Source of the DNA: Haliotis rufescens | Taxonomy: Eukaryota | DNA: 64,000 bases | Assembly (NCBI RefSeq): GCF_023055435.1 | Contig: NW_025964223.1 | Span: 1,922,001 to 1,986,000 of the forward strand | Direction: 5' to 3' | Shown here: positions 12,096-24,135 of the stretch, piece by piece | Position numbering within the stretch: the first letter of the stretch is position 1 | How the letters are laid out: each line of letters starts with the position of its first letter | Position numbers and translations under genes: made by a program | Notes under the pieces: model-generated | The model's input: the letters and a program-made list of their open reading frames with translations, nothing else | What the model was told of the DNA's origin: nothing | Database searches by the model: none

Positions 12096-13178
12096 GTAAA
12101 TGGCAAATTACGATAAGACATGAGGAAAACTTATCTGCACTCTGGTCTCTAATATTTCCCAATGAAAAAAATAGTATTGCTTGTAATTGTGACCTGACAT
12201 TGCCTCTTTAATTTCATGATATGCTGGGCATTGAATACTGGGCTTGACTGGGTCACACTGACACAGACAGATAATAACAAAACCTGGAATTTCCCTGAGC
12301 TATTTATAGAACAAGAGCGCATTACTCTGTGAAAGGTGTGATTATCTCTACATATCATCTGAAATATCTGCTTTGATTCTGCTGTTTGAGTCTACTTCAA
12401 GTGAAACACATTTGTTTATAAGGCACCAGATCTAGATCAATATTCTCTGTTTCCACGAAATGGACAAGTTTTGGTTTCAGTTCTTGTTAACTCTTTCACA
12501 GGGATATTGATTCTGCTTCCTGGAAATGAATTGTCAGCCATGTCTAATGACCTCTATACAGAGAAGTGTGGTCTCGTCAGTGAGGGTTGACATGAAATGT
12601 ACTTCTGTTGTGAGTTATACATCAGTCTAGTATAGACTTTAAATGTAATGTTATTTGTAAAGGGAAGGTTATACTCTAATTTCATTTTCATAGTTGTCTT
12701 GTAGCATAAACCAATGAAACCTTGGGATTGAGCCTGCGAGTGCTGATGACTGATAAATAGTCTTTTTGTCCTACAATTTGTGTGTGGAAAGTCTTGGTCA
12801 GACAAATTTTACTTTATGATGAAATAACTAAAAAATCCCTGAACTGTAAACTTGGTATTGACAGATACAGGGTTGATGAATTTATGCTAATGTGTTATTA
12901 CTGGTGACAAGACTTAGTTATGACATTGGCCAGGTACATGTTTACTGTTTTAAATAAAAAAATAAAAATTGAGAGTCTCTATGGTTACACTGACATCATT
13001 AAATTTGCTGTTTGCATTTGAGGTAATGGGAGCCGAATTGCAGGCACAAGATAGATCTCTGTGTCACACAAAATCTTTTTTGTAATATTTGAACTGATTT
13101 GAGCAAGTGGTACAGCATTTTTGAAAGTGTGACATCACTGTGTATGTAGATTTCCAAATTAAATTCACAAACTAATTT

Positions 13179-15110
13179 CAATTCAATTCAGTTTATTCAT
13201 ATATAACTAAGGTCACAGGCCCTTAGTACAGAATACATGACAATGTGGAAACGCTTACAAATGTCACAAGGATTCATTTCTGAATAACATGGTATGATAT
13301 ATAAATAGAGATAGATTTCTTACAGTCGTTTTGCTCACATGTGACATTAAAAAGATAAATTTGTGTTTATTTGGATGTACATAATATTTTTGCTCAACAT
13401 ATTTTCCCCCTTAAATTATGATATTTACAACATACAACTTCAACCATTAACCTGTGTGAACTGCATTTAAATTGTGCTAACGATATTCTGCATGTTCTTA
13501 TATTTACATCAGTTAAATAAATTTCTGCACATTTTTTCTTGTTAAAATATCTATAATATTCGTATTTGCTAGAAACATCTACAGTAGATCTCCATGTTTG
13601 AAAGTACACGTCAATAAATGTCTGTCCATTTTTTATATGAAAATGGCATGATTCTCTAGGAAATATTGGTTGTCCCAAATGTAATCATACCCTAGTTTAT
13701 ACAGTAGACATTTAACATTGTTTGCCCAATTTTGAACTCCATTTTTTCCATACAATAACATCATATTATACATTTTGGTAATCTGCTTTCATGCATTTTT
13801 AATAATTTCAACCAATATCTTATGATTTTTAAGTAGAGATATATATACAAGGGCATGCGACCACATTCACCACAAACCATTATGTTAGACGTACTATGTT
13901 TAACACCAAGAAATCTTTTACGAGCGTATAAATGTACGGATTCAATTGCTTTAGCCTCTGCAAAACCCCATATTTCCGAACCATAGGAAGGAATAGGAGC
14001 TATTTTTGTGTCAATGATTTTGAAGAAAGATTTATACACAGTCCCTAAAATTTACAAATGTCTGTAAAATTCCCAATTAGTTTGTTTTTGCTTGGATGGC
14101 TGCATTACGCATATGTCGGTTCCTTGATAATTTACTGGAACATATTACACCAAGATATTTATAAGAGGTTTCAGTTTGAAGCAAATGTCCCCGAACGTAC
14201 CACTTTTCATTCTTTGACAGCATATTTCCTTTGCTAAATACAACATTTTTTTGTCTTATCCAAATTAACATTAAGTTTCCACGTATTACAGTGTATTTCT
14301 AACTGAATTATCAAAGTTTGTGAACCTTTGGCAGTACTTGAGAACATGATTCTATCATCTGCAAATAATAACATAATTTTTTTTATTAGTTCAGGATGAA
14401 ATTGTGTACCAGTCAAAATTTCTTTTCATTTTAACTGCAAGCTCATTAATAACAACAACAAAAACAGAACAAGAAAGGGCTTTATACATATCCTTGGCGT
14501 ACACCAGTATGGCAAATAAAATAATCTGAATACACGATATTTTGTTTCACACATGATTTAACTTCCCTCTATAAATACTACATAACAATTTGCCCATTTT
14601 ATTTCTGACACAATGTGAATTAAATAGATACCATAACTAATCAAAAGCTTTAGGAAAGTCTACAAATATAGCGTACAAGTTTCCACGTTTAGGTTGAATA
14701 TACCTATCTATAACAGCCTGGAGGATAAACATATTAACAATGGTTCATTAATAATTCTAATAAATATCTTACTGAATATACTGGTTAGTGCAACCCCCCT
14801 AAAATTTATATAACACCTGTCACTGCGCCTTTCTTGTGAATTGGAACGATAGGACCAAGTGTCCAATCCTTTGGAAAGTAAGAGGTATCATTGTTGTATT
14901 AAATAATATTTCCAAATACGACAGGATGTTATCAAGAGAGTATTTAAAAAATTCTGTTATTAGTCCATCAACTCCCTGTCTTTTTAAGTTTTTCAGATTT
15001 TGAATAGCGGATTGTTTTCTTTTTGAATTGTGGAATCTAATATTTCCGTAACAAAATTGTTGCATCATTGTCAAAAAAGTTCAACTCCAAGCTATCTGTG
15101 GAATCATCAA
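13179..15110 (-). mobile_element. Degenerate, 5'-truncated non-LTR retrotransposon (RT and C-terminal region)
   Basis: Frameshifted peptides GVDGLITEFFK, LLFADD, WKLNVNLDKTK, YKYLGV, YGSEIWGF, GECGRMPL and FKCSSHRL; AATAAA plus a (ttgaa)n tail at the 3' end. A fragment of the same family lies at 31024-31168 (+). Confidence 0.9.
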
Positions 15111-16348
15111 ACTAATTATGAGTATAAGTATTATCATGGTCGTTAACTAACAACCTAAGTTGTGCAATGATGCTCAAAGCTTAAAACTATGAAAACTGTA
15201 AGAAAACGTGTTATGGTAGTTATTCATAAAATATTCTTTAATGCATAAAGTATTAAAATAAAATATCATTGTAATGTTATAAATCACCAAAATATTAAAC
15301 CATAAATACTCTGTTACATAAACCAAACCATTTCAATAATTATCTCTATTGAAACAATGTTTGATCTAACATTAATGTCATTTAAGCTATGACTTAATTT
15401 GGATATCTAAGAATCAATGTAAACAAGCCTTAAGCCCCAGAATCCAACATAAGAAACATTACAAAAAATAACATGCAACATTGTCTACATTGCTTAAATA
15501 CATAGTATTCAATACCGGTTAATTTAGGCAGCACCCTAATTGCCAAGGGCTATTCATCTTAAACATCTAGTAAATGGTTCCACATAGTTCAAAACCTCAT
15601 ATTTACATTCATCTAAATGTTAATCCCAAATGTGGTTTGTCCAACACCACCTAGCTAACCTTGTGTGATTGGGCAACCTGCCCCAACCAATGGTGGACCA
15701 TGTATACATGTAAGTTAGAATAGATATTGTCCTTCCAAGGAAAACGCTCCCTGGGAAGTGTCTCGCCATTGCTATATATATTTGTTAGCATCTTATACAT
15801 ATGATGTACATATAAATAATTCTGTGTATATTGTACACAACGTCTCTTGTTCTACTTGGCTAAGTCAGAACATGAAAGTATGATCAATGTTTAAGTGATT
15901 TGTGAAAAGAGGGGCGGTGGGGTAGCCTAGTGGCTAAAGCGTTTGCTTGTCACGCTGAAGGCCCGGGTGAAGCCCATTTCTGGTGTCCCCTGCCGCTAGA
16001 ATATTGCTAAAAGCGGCGTAAAACCATACTCACCCACTCACTTGTGAAAAGAGAACAAAATGGTAATATACTTTGATATAGCAACATTATCTATCACTGT
16101 TGTTTTGATAACAGCTAGTTTGTTATGTTGATATTTCCATAATTCGGTGTATGTACATCTTGTAGATAACAGTATCACGATAGCTTATCAAACTTGATGA
16201 AATTCATTTGAGAACACGCACATTTAAGAAAATCATACATGAACCACTGTTTCTGGGCCACAAATGTCTCATTGCTTTCACACACTGGCTTTGAAAGTGA
16301 CAGGTCAAATCATGTAGATTCCTTGTGTCAAATATCTCTGTGTGTGTG

Positions 16349-16380
<32 letters not shown>

Positions 16381-17090
16381 TGTGTGCGTGTGGGTGTGTG
16401 TGCGTGTGTGCAAGTCTGGACTGATGCCGTTTTATAGTGCTAGCCCACTGAGATACCATGCCACAGTTTAACATGAATACCCCACTCAGACACAGTATAC
16501 TGACGTCGAGCCGACCAGTCCTTGTTTTATCCCCTTAATGCCGAGCGCCAGACAGGGTAACAACAAGTACCATCTTTTAACGTCATTTGGTATGACGCGG
16601 CCGGGGATCGAACCTCCGACCTTCCGCTCTCCGGCCCAACTAATAAGACTGACACATGTAAAATAAATAGTAGAATGGTAATTCATAAAGTTTGTTGGAA
16701 AAATATATTCGTTTAGCATTTTAAAAAATATTTCTACAACCTGTCACCCCTACAATGCAAATGGCATATTCGATTTCCAAGAACAGACTTCTCTCACTGA
16801 TTTCCAAGAAATGACTTGGTGAGTCCAAACAGTGCACAACAGGTTGCGATGAACCTCTGTAGAGTACAGACTTGATGTAGTTCCACTGTAGAGTAGATAC
16901 ATTTGAAACATCCTGCTAAAGTGCTCGCAGTTCCAAATTAAAATAAGAGGTATCTAATCTACAGTGGGACTACATCAAATTTCAAAACAAAAGTAGGTTT
17001 ATCTCCTAATTAAGCCACAGTCTGTATTGATATCACATTGAGTATAAGTCAGTATTGATGATAATATGACATATCTTTTCATGTTCACAT

Positions 17091-18025
17091 TTAGAAAAAG
17101 GTGGGATGTCGTTCAAGGTTACATGTTCTGCATGATGCCTTCTTTGGAATTCCTTCTGTCCGGCTCTGACCTCTTCCTCGAGTACAAACATACTCAAAAT
17201 ACACCTTGCCCTCCCCGCATCTGCTCTGTAACCCTCTGATGTCGACATCCTCTGTGTACAAAAACTCCACATGGAACTCGTCAACCGACACCATTGTGAA
17301 TGTCTTCTTAGCCACCCTTCCTCCAGATCTGGAGTAACTGGCAGTACACTCACCCAGAGATGAAGCCAGTTGCCTAACTTGCCTGGATGGGGGTTGATAC
17401 ATGGCAGAAACAAAGTGTTCAGTACTCATGAGCCCTGTTTGTTGTGCAAGTCTGTCATGCATTGAGAAAGGCTTTCTGTATAGGTATGATGTGTCTCCCA
17501 AATCCTGGTAGGATGTTCCATCCAGAGCTATGTATGAGGGCTCTTCTTTGATGGTGAAAAAAGGATTATCCTTTAAGTCCAGTTCAATAAGTCTTCCCTC
17601 ACAGAATCTGTCTTCAGCTGATTCCTTCTTTGTGACCACAACTGTGACGTAGTGGACGACATTGTGACAGTAGAAGTCTGCAAAATACATCCTGGTGTCC
17701 CATGTAAACAGTTCCTCTGCAGGGATGAAAAGTCGTTTGTCTCCAAAGAACGAGAAGTCTGGTGGCTTCCGTGTGCGGGCATCCAGTGACCCACTGAAGA
17801 AGAGTCCGTTAATCTTCTTGTTGATCGCAGAATATGGGTCGCCATTGTTGTCCTTGATGTACTTCTCCATCACTCCACCTCTGTTGGACATGATGTGTGT
17901 GTAGTAGTGCACAGGCTTATTGCGGTAGAACTGTTTGATGGTGTATTTCCCAGGGTACCGAGACTTGCTCCGACAGTAAGTGACTGCCATGGTTTTCAGC
18001 TGTTGTAATTCCTCTTTGGACATGC
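17091..18025 (-). CDS. PHYHIPL: PHYHIP-like gene B, terminal exon (PHYHIP C-terminal domain)
   Basis: ttcag|GC ATG TCC AAA. Motifs FYRNK, YIKDNNGDP, INGLFFS, FFGDKRL, YFADFYC..HYVTVV, DRFCE.RL.ELD...NPF, VEFLYTEDVD and CRTCN match the PHYHIP/PHYHIPL family as I recall it. Stop TAA at 17091-17093. Reconstructed gene = 1725 nt, 574 aa. Confidence 0.93.
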
Positions 18026-18246
18026 CTGAAAGATGAAGAATGTCATGTGCCAAAACTTCCTGAAAAGGTCTGTCTTATCTCTGTTATTGTGTGCTAAATA
18101 TTTTATTTACATGCTACCCCATTGTATCCGGATTCTAATTTTCTCACTTTCAGTTTTCAGGATTTTAAAATAATGTCATAAAAAGGAGCATTGAGAGAGT
18201 TAACAAGATCTAGGATTGAAAAAAATAAAAAATATGTCCAACTTAC

Positions 18247-18619
18247 AAGTCTTGATGGAGAAGGCTTTTGTTGATTCATGACATTCGTACAGGTAGCAGA
18301 CAGGGGATGGCTGGTCAAAACGATACACTTGGTAATCTTTGAGTCCGACAGCCCTGACCCTGTATTTGGTCCTGGACCGACAGACTGGCAGGAGTTGTAT
18401 GCCAGTGCTTACCGGGGTGGAAGACATCACAACATACTCCTTCTGACTTCCCTCACAGAACACAACACACAGACTTGCTGTACAGCTGGAATATGTTGCT
18501 GGTTGAAGGATGTAGTCTACTGGAGGTCTGTGGCCTGCCTCACTGTCAGAAGGTCCTGGAAGTTTTTGATAGTTGTTGTCCAACTGAGACCTCTCTTTCA
18601 CCTCCATCAGAAGGAGGTC
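18247..18619 (-). CDS. PHYHIPL: PHYHIP-like gene B, second FN3-like exon
   Basis: aacag|GAC CTC CTT CTG ATG...AAG ACT T|gtaagt. 373 nt, phase 0/1; contains LLPVCRSRTKYRVRAVGL. Confidence 0.87.
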
Positions 18620-19236
18620 CTGTTGAAGTTACCAAGACATTTATCAAATGAAATTTGTGGTGTGATCTTATGTAATTCAACTATTTTGAACAACATTTAA
18701 ATTTTCAAGAACTTGATGTGTGCAAGAGGATCAAACTAGTTTTGATAATGGAAATCTATGCTTCCTTTCAACTGTTTGTGGGACATATATGGATGGGTTA
18801 AAATTCACATTTCCCACATCAAAAACTCAATTGATGAATTTACTTGATGACAACCACACACAATTTTACTATTTTACGTTATATACGCTTTTCCATTGGG
18901 TGAGAGGCGCTTTCCATAGGGCGAAAGGCCAGTCACAGGTATGAAAATATAGTTATGTGAAAAAAAAATGAGAATTCACATTCACTGTGTGAGTTCATTG
19001 AAGTATGAACGTTTCAACATGCAGTTTGGCCCTTGCTGTCTCAAGGTTCATACTCCAATTAACTCAGTCAAAGTGAAAGTTTAATTCTTAAATCTTGCCC
19101 AATCTTCAGCCCACGTCAAGGTGTTCTATACTGTAGATATTACTCAACGTGTTAGGCTTTGTGCATGAAGTTCTAAACCCATGCACCTAGTTTTAAGAGA
19201 TCGTTTCAATTGCATGCAAGGACACCCCGTGCTTAC

Positions 19237-19316
19237 CTGTGTCTTGAGCATGTCGATCATTCTGTCACTAAAGAAATGATATTGGGAAACACCCAGGTCT
19301 ACGACTTCTACCCTCT
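19237..19316 (-). CDS. PHYHIPL: PHYHIP-like gene B, linker exon
   Basis: ttgcag|AG AGG GTA...ACA CAG|gtaagc. 80 nt, phase 1/0, encodes (E)RVEVVDLGVSQYHFFSDRMIDMLKTQ. Confidence 0.82.
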
Positions 19317-19555
19317 CTGCAATAAATGAATACGTTTACTCTGTGCTGTCAGATTGAGGTATTAGATATCATGTTATTAATTGCTGAGAGCAGTGTTAAA
19401 CAACGAACAAACAAACAACCAGATTGAGTTATACATGTATTCCTACATATACCCTCCATAAAATGAAGGTGATGTTTGATAATTACAGATGATTACTGAA
19501 ATACAATGGGAGAGTGATGGTGATGGATGGATAAGAAGGACAAGGTGTAACATAC

Positions 19556-20193
19556 TAATCAACAGAACATGTTGGCGGTGTATTGTAAGGGTGTAAACAA
19601 CCAACAGAACATGTTGGCGGTGTATTGTAAGGGTGCGAACAACCAATAGAACATGTTGGCGGTGTATTGTAAGGGTGCGAACAACCAACAGAACATGTTG
19701 GCAGTGTATTGTAAGGGTGCGAACAACCAACAGAACACGTTGGCAGTGTATTGTAAGGGTGCGAACAACCAACAGAACATGTTGGCGGTGTATTGTAAGG
19801 GTGTAAACAACCAACAGAACATGTTGGCGGTGTATTGTAAGGGTGCGAACAACCAACAGAACATGTTGGCGGTGTATTGTAAGGGTGTAAACAACCAACA
19901 GAACATGTTGGCGGTGTATTGTAAGGGTGCGAACAACCAACAGAACACGTTGGCAGTGTATTGTAAGGGTGCGAACAACCAACAGAACATGTTGGCGGTG
20001 TATTGTAAGGGTGCGAACAACCAACAGAACATGTTGGCGGTGTATTGTAAGGGTGCGAACAACCAACAGAACACGTTGGCAGTGTATTGTAAGGGTGCGA
20101 ACAACCAACAGAACATGTTGGCGGTGTATTGTAAGGGTGTAAACAACCAACAGAACTTGTTGGCGGTGTATTGTAAGGGTGCGAACAACCAAC
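19556..20193. repeat. 42-bp minisatellite in a gene B intron
   Basis: Unit aaccaacagaacatgttggcggtgtattgtaagggtgcgaac. Confidence 0.97.
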
Positions 20194-20883
20194 GAGCCAT
20201 TACTGATCCAGTCATCTGAAATGTCCTCTAGCAGTGCCTGGTCCAGTTCGGTTTAAGTAAATGTGTTTAGCGACGGCGTACACGTCTCCCAAGCATGTCC
20301 ATGGGGTGCTTTCTTGGGGAAAGGGTCAGGACTGATGGCTAGTCAATGCATTCGGGGGATGTTTTTGCTACTGGAAGTAGTCAGTTACGATACCTCTCGC
20401 TAAAACCTACCAGTTTGAAGCATGCGAATAGCCCTTATGTGTTAATCACATTGTAGATGACACGTTCCTATCCTGATCGCATACAGTGCATTAAAGCACT
20501 AGTAGAGATTTTACGTGGTGCTATGGCTAAATAAAATTAACAATACTAATGTCTGAGAGAGATTTGACGACTTTTCACTGAAGTGTTCCCCACGGAGAAA
20601 TTGCATGGTTTGACGACCGATCATAACATGAATACTTTACAATCCCCTACTTTTTAGGAGAGCATATATTTATGCTAATTTGCGAAAATAAATCAATATT
20701 TTAATCTCAAATAAATATTTGGTTTTATGATACTGGACATTTGGTAATTGTTCAAGGCATTTCAAACTGACACCATCTGTTTTGTTGAGGTTATGTTGAA
20801 GCCTCGTCCCATCTACCGCTTTATTCAGTGGATAATGCGGGAAACAAGGGGATTGTCGGTGATAGGTTCATAGCACACCTATC

Positions 20884-21374
20884 CAATCTCACTAAAATCA
20901 GATCTACGTTCTCGCTACCGCTAAGCAGAGATCTGAGGACATCCCATTACGGTTCACATCATAACGACCTTCCATCCAACCAATCAGAGCGTCGCTTATC
21001 AGATCATGAAACTGACAGTCAGAATGTGTTTTCTCATCATGCAACCTCGAAAGATGTAACAGAGGTAACGACAGTTACGTTTTTTTGACAATCTAGGCCA
21101 TCTATAAGCCATTCCAGAATGTTCTTTTGATTAGTTGTAAAAGTTTTAATCGAGAATACGTCAAAATATGTTTCGAAACGTAGTCGCCAAGTTCAAACTA
21201 GTGTCGTAAAGCTAAAAAAAGCTGCCTCCTGGTTGGCTCATATCAATTTCTTGTCAATCATTTCACTGGTTGGTCAAAGTTCGCGAACGGTCGTTCTGAC
21301 GTGAACCGTAATGGAATGTCCTCAGATCTTTAAATAGCGGTAGCGAAAACTAAGTTCTGATTTTAATGAGATTG
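20884..21374. mobile_element. MITE with ~75-bp TIRs and 10-bp TSD (Mutator-like)
   Basis: caatctcactaaaatcaga...tctgattttaatgagattg, flanked by cacacctatc at 20874-20883 and 21375-21384. Confidence 0.85.
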
Positions 21375-21669
21375 CACACCTATCCAGCTGAAGACCACTG
21401 CCTAGTGGATAGAGCGTCTGCCAGGAGTGCAGAAGGACCGTGCATCATAACAAGGTGTTAAAGGATCCCACTTATTACCATGCCTAGTTCTCAGCATTAA
21501 GGGTATAAAGGGACTCGGAGTCAGTATACTGTGTCTGAGTGGAGTATCCTTGTTAAACTACGGCATGGTATCTCAGTACGCCAGCACTATCAAACCAGCA
21601 TTCATCTGGATTAATACAAGTAGCCACACACACACACACACACACTAAAACCGACAAATATTGACCTAC

Positions 21670-21994
21670 CTTGAAGTCCAGAAACTCGAGAAATGACAAC
21701 TTTCTTTCCTGCCTCCACAGAGTAGACTGTAGCAGGCGAGGGTCTGACTTGATTTGTTGGGGTGGACTGTCTCAGGCCAAAAACCTCGATAGTATACTGC
21801 TCAGAGTTTGAAAATCCTGAACAACGTAAACGATTGACTTTGCTCCTTTCAAACAGCGTAAGTCTTTTCAATTGGCCAAGCTGGTCACTGACTGTCACAA
21901 GTACCTTGGACATGTCATGCCATTTTATGGTCAGCTTCAGTGATGGAGGATCGGCTTCAGTAGTCACGAATTCAAGATATGATTGGTAGGAGTT
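21670..21994 (-). CDS. PHYHIPL: PHYHIP-like gene B, first FN3-like exon
   Basis: ttccag|AAC TCC TAC (NSYQSYLEF...LTIKWHDMSKVLVTV...SGFSNSEQYTIEVFGL...SGLQ)G|gtaggt. 325 nt, phase 0/1. Confidence 0.83.
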
Positions 21995-22166
21995 CTGGAA
22001 AAAGAATAGATACTTAGAGAAAGTTTTCAGTCTTTTTAACAAGAGGAATGACACTAAAGCATCATAAATACACTTGCCACACTTGCTGTTGGTAAAGTAA
22101 TTTATATAAATTTTAAGGTTAAAACTGTACATTTATCACCAGGACACTGTTGACAGCATTACTTAC

Positions 22167-22178
22167 ATGGTTCTCCAT
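22167..22178 (-). CDS. PHYHIPL: PHYHIP-like gene B, start micro-exon (MENH)
   Basis: Kozak-like accATGG, then AGAACCAT|gtaagt (consensus donor); phase 0. Confidence 0.65.
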
Positions 22179-22338
22179 GGTGTTGAGTGCGAGGCTGTCA
22201 GTGCACAATGTGGCAGTAATGTCTGCTTGATTACAGGTATATGCACAGGTACACAGGTTTGTCGCCAGTCGCTGATTGATCGGAGATACGAATGTGAAGG
22301 GTTGGATGTCGTCAGATCTATTTCTAGGTATGAAACCA

Positions 22339-22363
22339 GTGTACTTCCCAGTGGTGATTCCCC
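22339..22363. promoter_or_regulatory. Paired kB/Rel-like sites upstream of gene B
   Basis: gtgtacttccc-agt-ggtgattcccc; same spacing as the pair upstream of C and D. Confidence 0.45.
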
Positions 22364-23820
22364 TTATTGAACATTATGGTAAGTGAGATAATACATATAT
22401 ACACACACAGTGGTGCATTGAATACTTGGAATAATGGAGTTTCACAGAAATGAAACCAAAAGTTGTCCATTTCAAGGAAGAAGGACTGTCTCCTGGCCTA
22501 GATGGAGAGTGGGGTTCAATCCCCGGCCGAATTTTACAAAACGTTGTTTAAAAAATGGTACTTGTTGTTACCCTGTCTGGCGCTCGGCTAAAACAAGGAC
22601 TGGTCGGCTCGGGGAAAAAATATTTAGCGTCTGAGTTGGGTATTCATGTCAAACTGTGGCATGGTATCTCAGTGGGCTGGCACTATAGAATTGGCATTCG
22701 TCCGCACTCACGTGCTATATTAGTCCAATAATCATGGACGCGACGTTAAACCTCATTTCACCTCACCTCCAGAAAGTAATGACTATTGATTAATTCACTG
22801 CTCACCACTGGTGCAACATGAGGGCACATGTTGACCTGTTTGATACTGCTGTACAAGCTTAAACTGAAACTCAAACAAGAGTAATTATATCATAATAACA
22901 TTATCAGTAAGTGGATACTGCAAGCGTTGTGTGCGCAGTGTTACCATCTGCTGTTTAACATGGGTACCCCAATCACACACATTTATAATACTGACGTAGA
23001 GATAACCAGCTTTTCTTCCCTTGATGCAGAATGCCAGGCAGGGTAACAAAAAATACCATAATTTAACATATTTTGGCATGACGTGGCAAGGGATCGAACC
23101 ACCGAGCCCCCACTCCGGGCAGACACTCTTTCAACTTGACCACGGAAGCAGTCCTAAAATTTATCTGATTTATTACGAGAAACGAAAGGTTCATAGTTTC
23201 TTAATCGGGGCGTACCGGGATTCGAACCCACAATCATTGGTTTCTGGCGTGCCCAAGGGACGCAACTCTGCACAGCGAATCGCACCTGTGCCCCCGCTTA
23301 ATACATTAGAACTTCAACCGAGAAAGTATTATGGCTGTAGCTTAATATGTAAGTTAGTTAATAGTGCTTCCAGTTTGGATTATGTCCCTTCCTGTATTGA
23401 AAAACAAGTTGCATACCAAACACTTTTCATTGTATCATAATGTTGAGCAAAGTCATTTTTGCTTTTGCCTTTAAGTATATTACTTCCTGTTTCATATGAC
23501 ATATGAAGATCAAACAAACAAAAACCTATCACTCAAGCAGAGTCACCAAGATATACATTCTGTGGGCATAGCTGAGAAAGTTTCAAAAGCAAATGTAATT
23601 TCGGTTGTGCCTTTAATTGTCGCCCTCTCTGGCTACAGAAAGCATTTTAAGACAGGTGGAACCATGGAATTTTCAGCCTTGATAACTGTGCTTCGGGGAT
23701 GAGTTCTATTGGTTTGAGCCGTCGCCTGCAAGCAAAACAGTACATAGGTGTACAGTGATGAAGTTTCAAATAAAATACTACAAAGGTTTTTGTTTGGCCT
23801 TACACCACACCCTCTGGCAG

Positions 23821-24135
23821 ACCCGTGAAGATCCGGGGTAGAATAGGTCTTCAGCAACCCATGCTTGTCTCCCCCGTGAAGATCCGGGGTAGAATAGGTC
23901 TTCAGCAACCCATGCTTGTCTCCCCCGTGAAGATCCGGGGTAGAATAGGTCTTCAGCAACCCATGCTTGTCTCCCCCGTGAAGATCCGGGGTAGAATAGG
24001 TCTTCAGCAACCCATGCTTGTCTCCCCCGTGAAGATCCGGGGTAGAATAGGTCTTCAGCAACCCATGCTTGTCTCCCCCGTGAAGATCCGGGGTAGAATA
24101 GGTCTTCAGCAACCCATGCTTGCCATAAAAGGCGA
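23821..24135 (+). repeat. Tandem array (~6 copies, ~51 bp) of the 5' end of SINE-like family 2
   Basis: Unit ccgtgaagatccggggtagaataggtcttcagcaacccatgcttgtctccc, continuing into ...gccataaaaggcgact. Confidence 0.9.

Noticed and set aside
15270-15860. Possible solo LTR (also 1-280 and 7480-8260)
   Set aside because: No paired copy, TSD or primer-binding site identified in the window.
15910-16042. tRNA gene candidates at the A/B-box sequences
   Set aside because: These are SINE heads followed by SINE bodies and tails, not complete cloverleafs.
18481-18502. cagctggaatatgttgctg in the gene B exon resembles the SINE tail (possible exonisation)
   Set aside because: A short gapped match; the segment is better explained by the internal duplication.
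19443-20219. 188-249 aa repeat ORFs
   Set aside because: Intronic 42-bp minisatellite.
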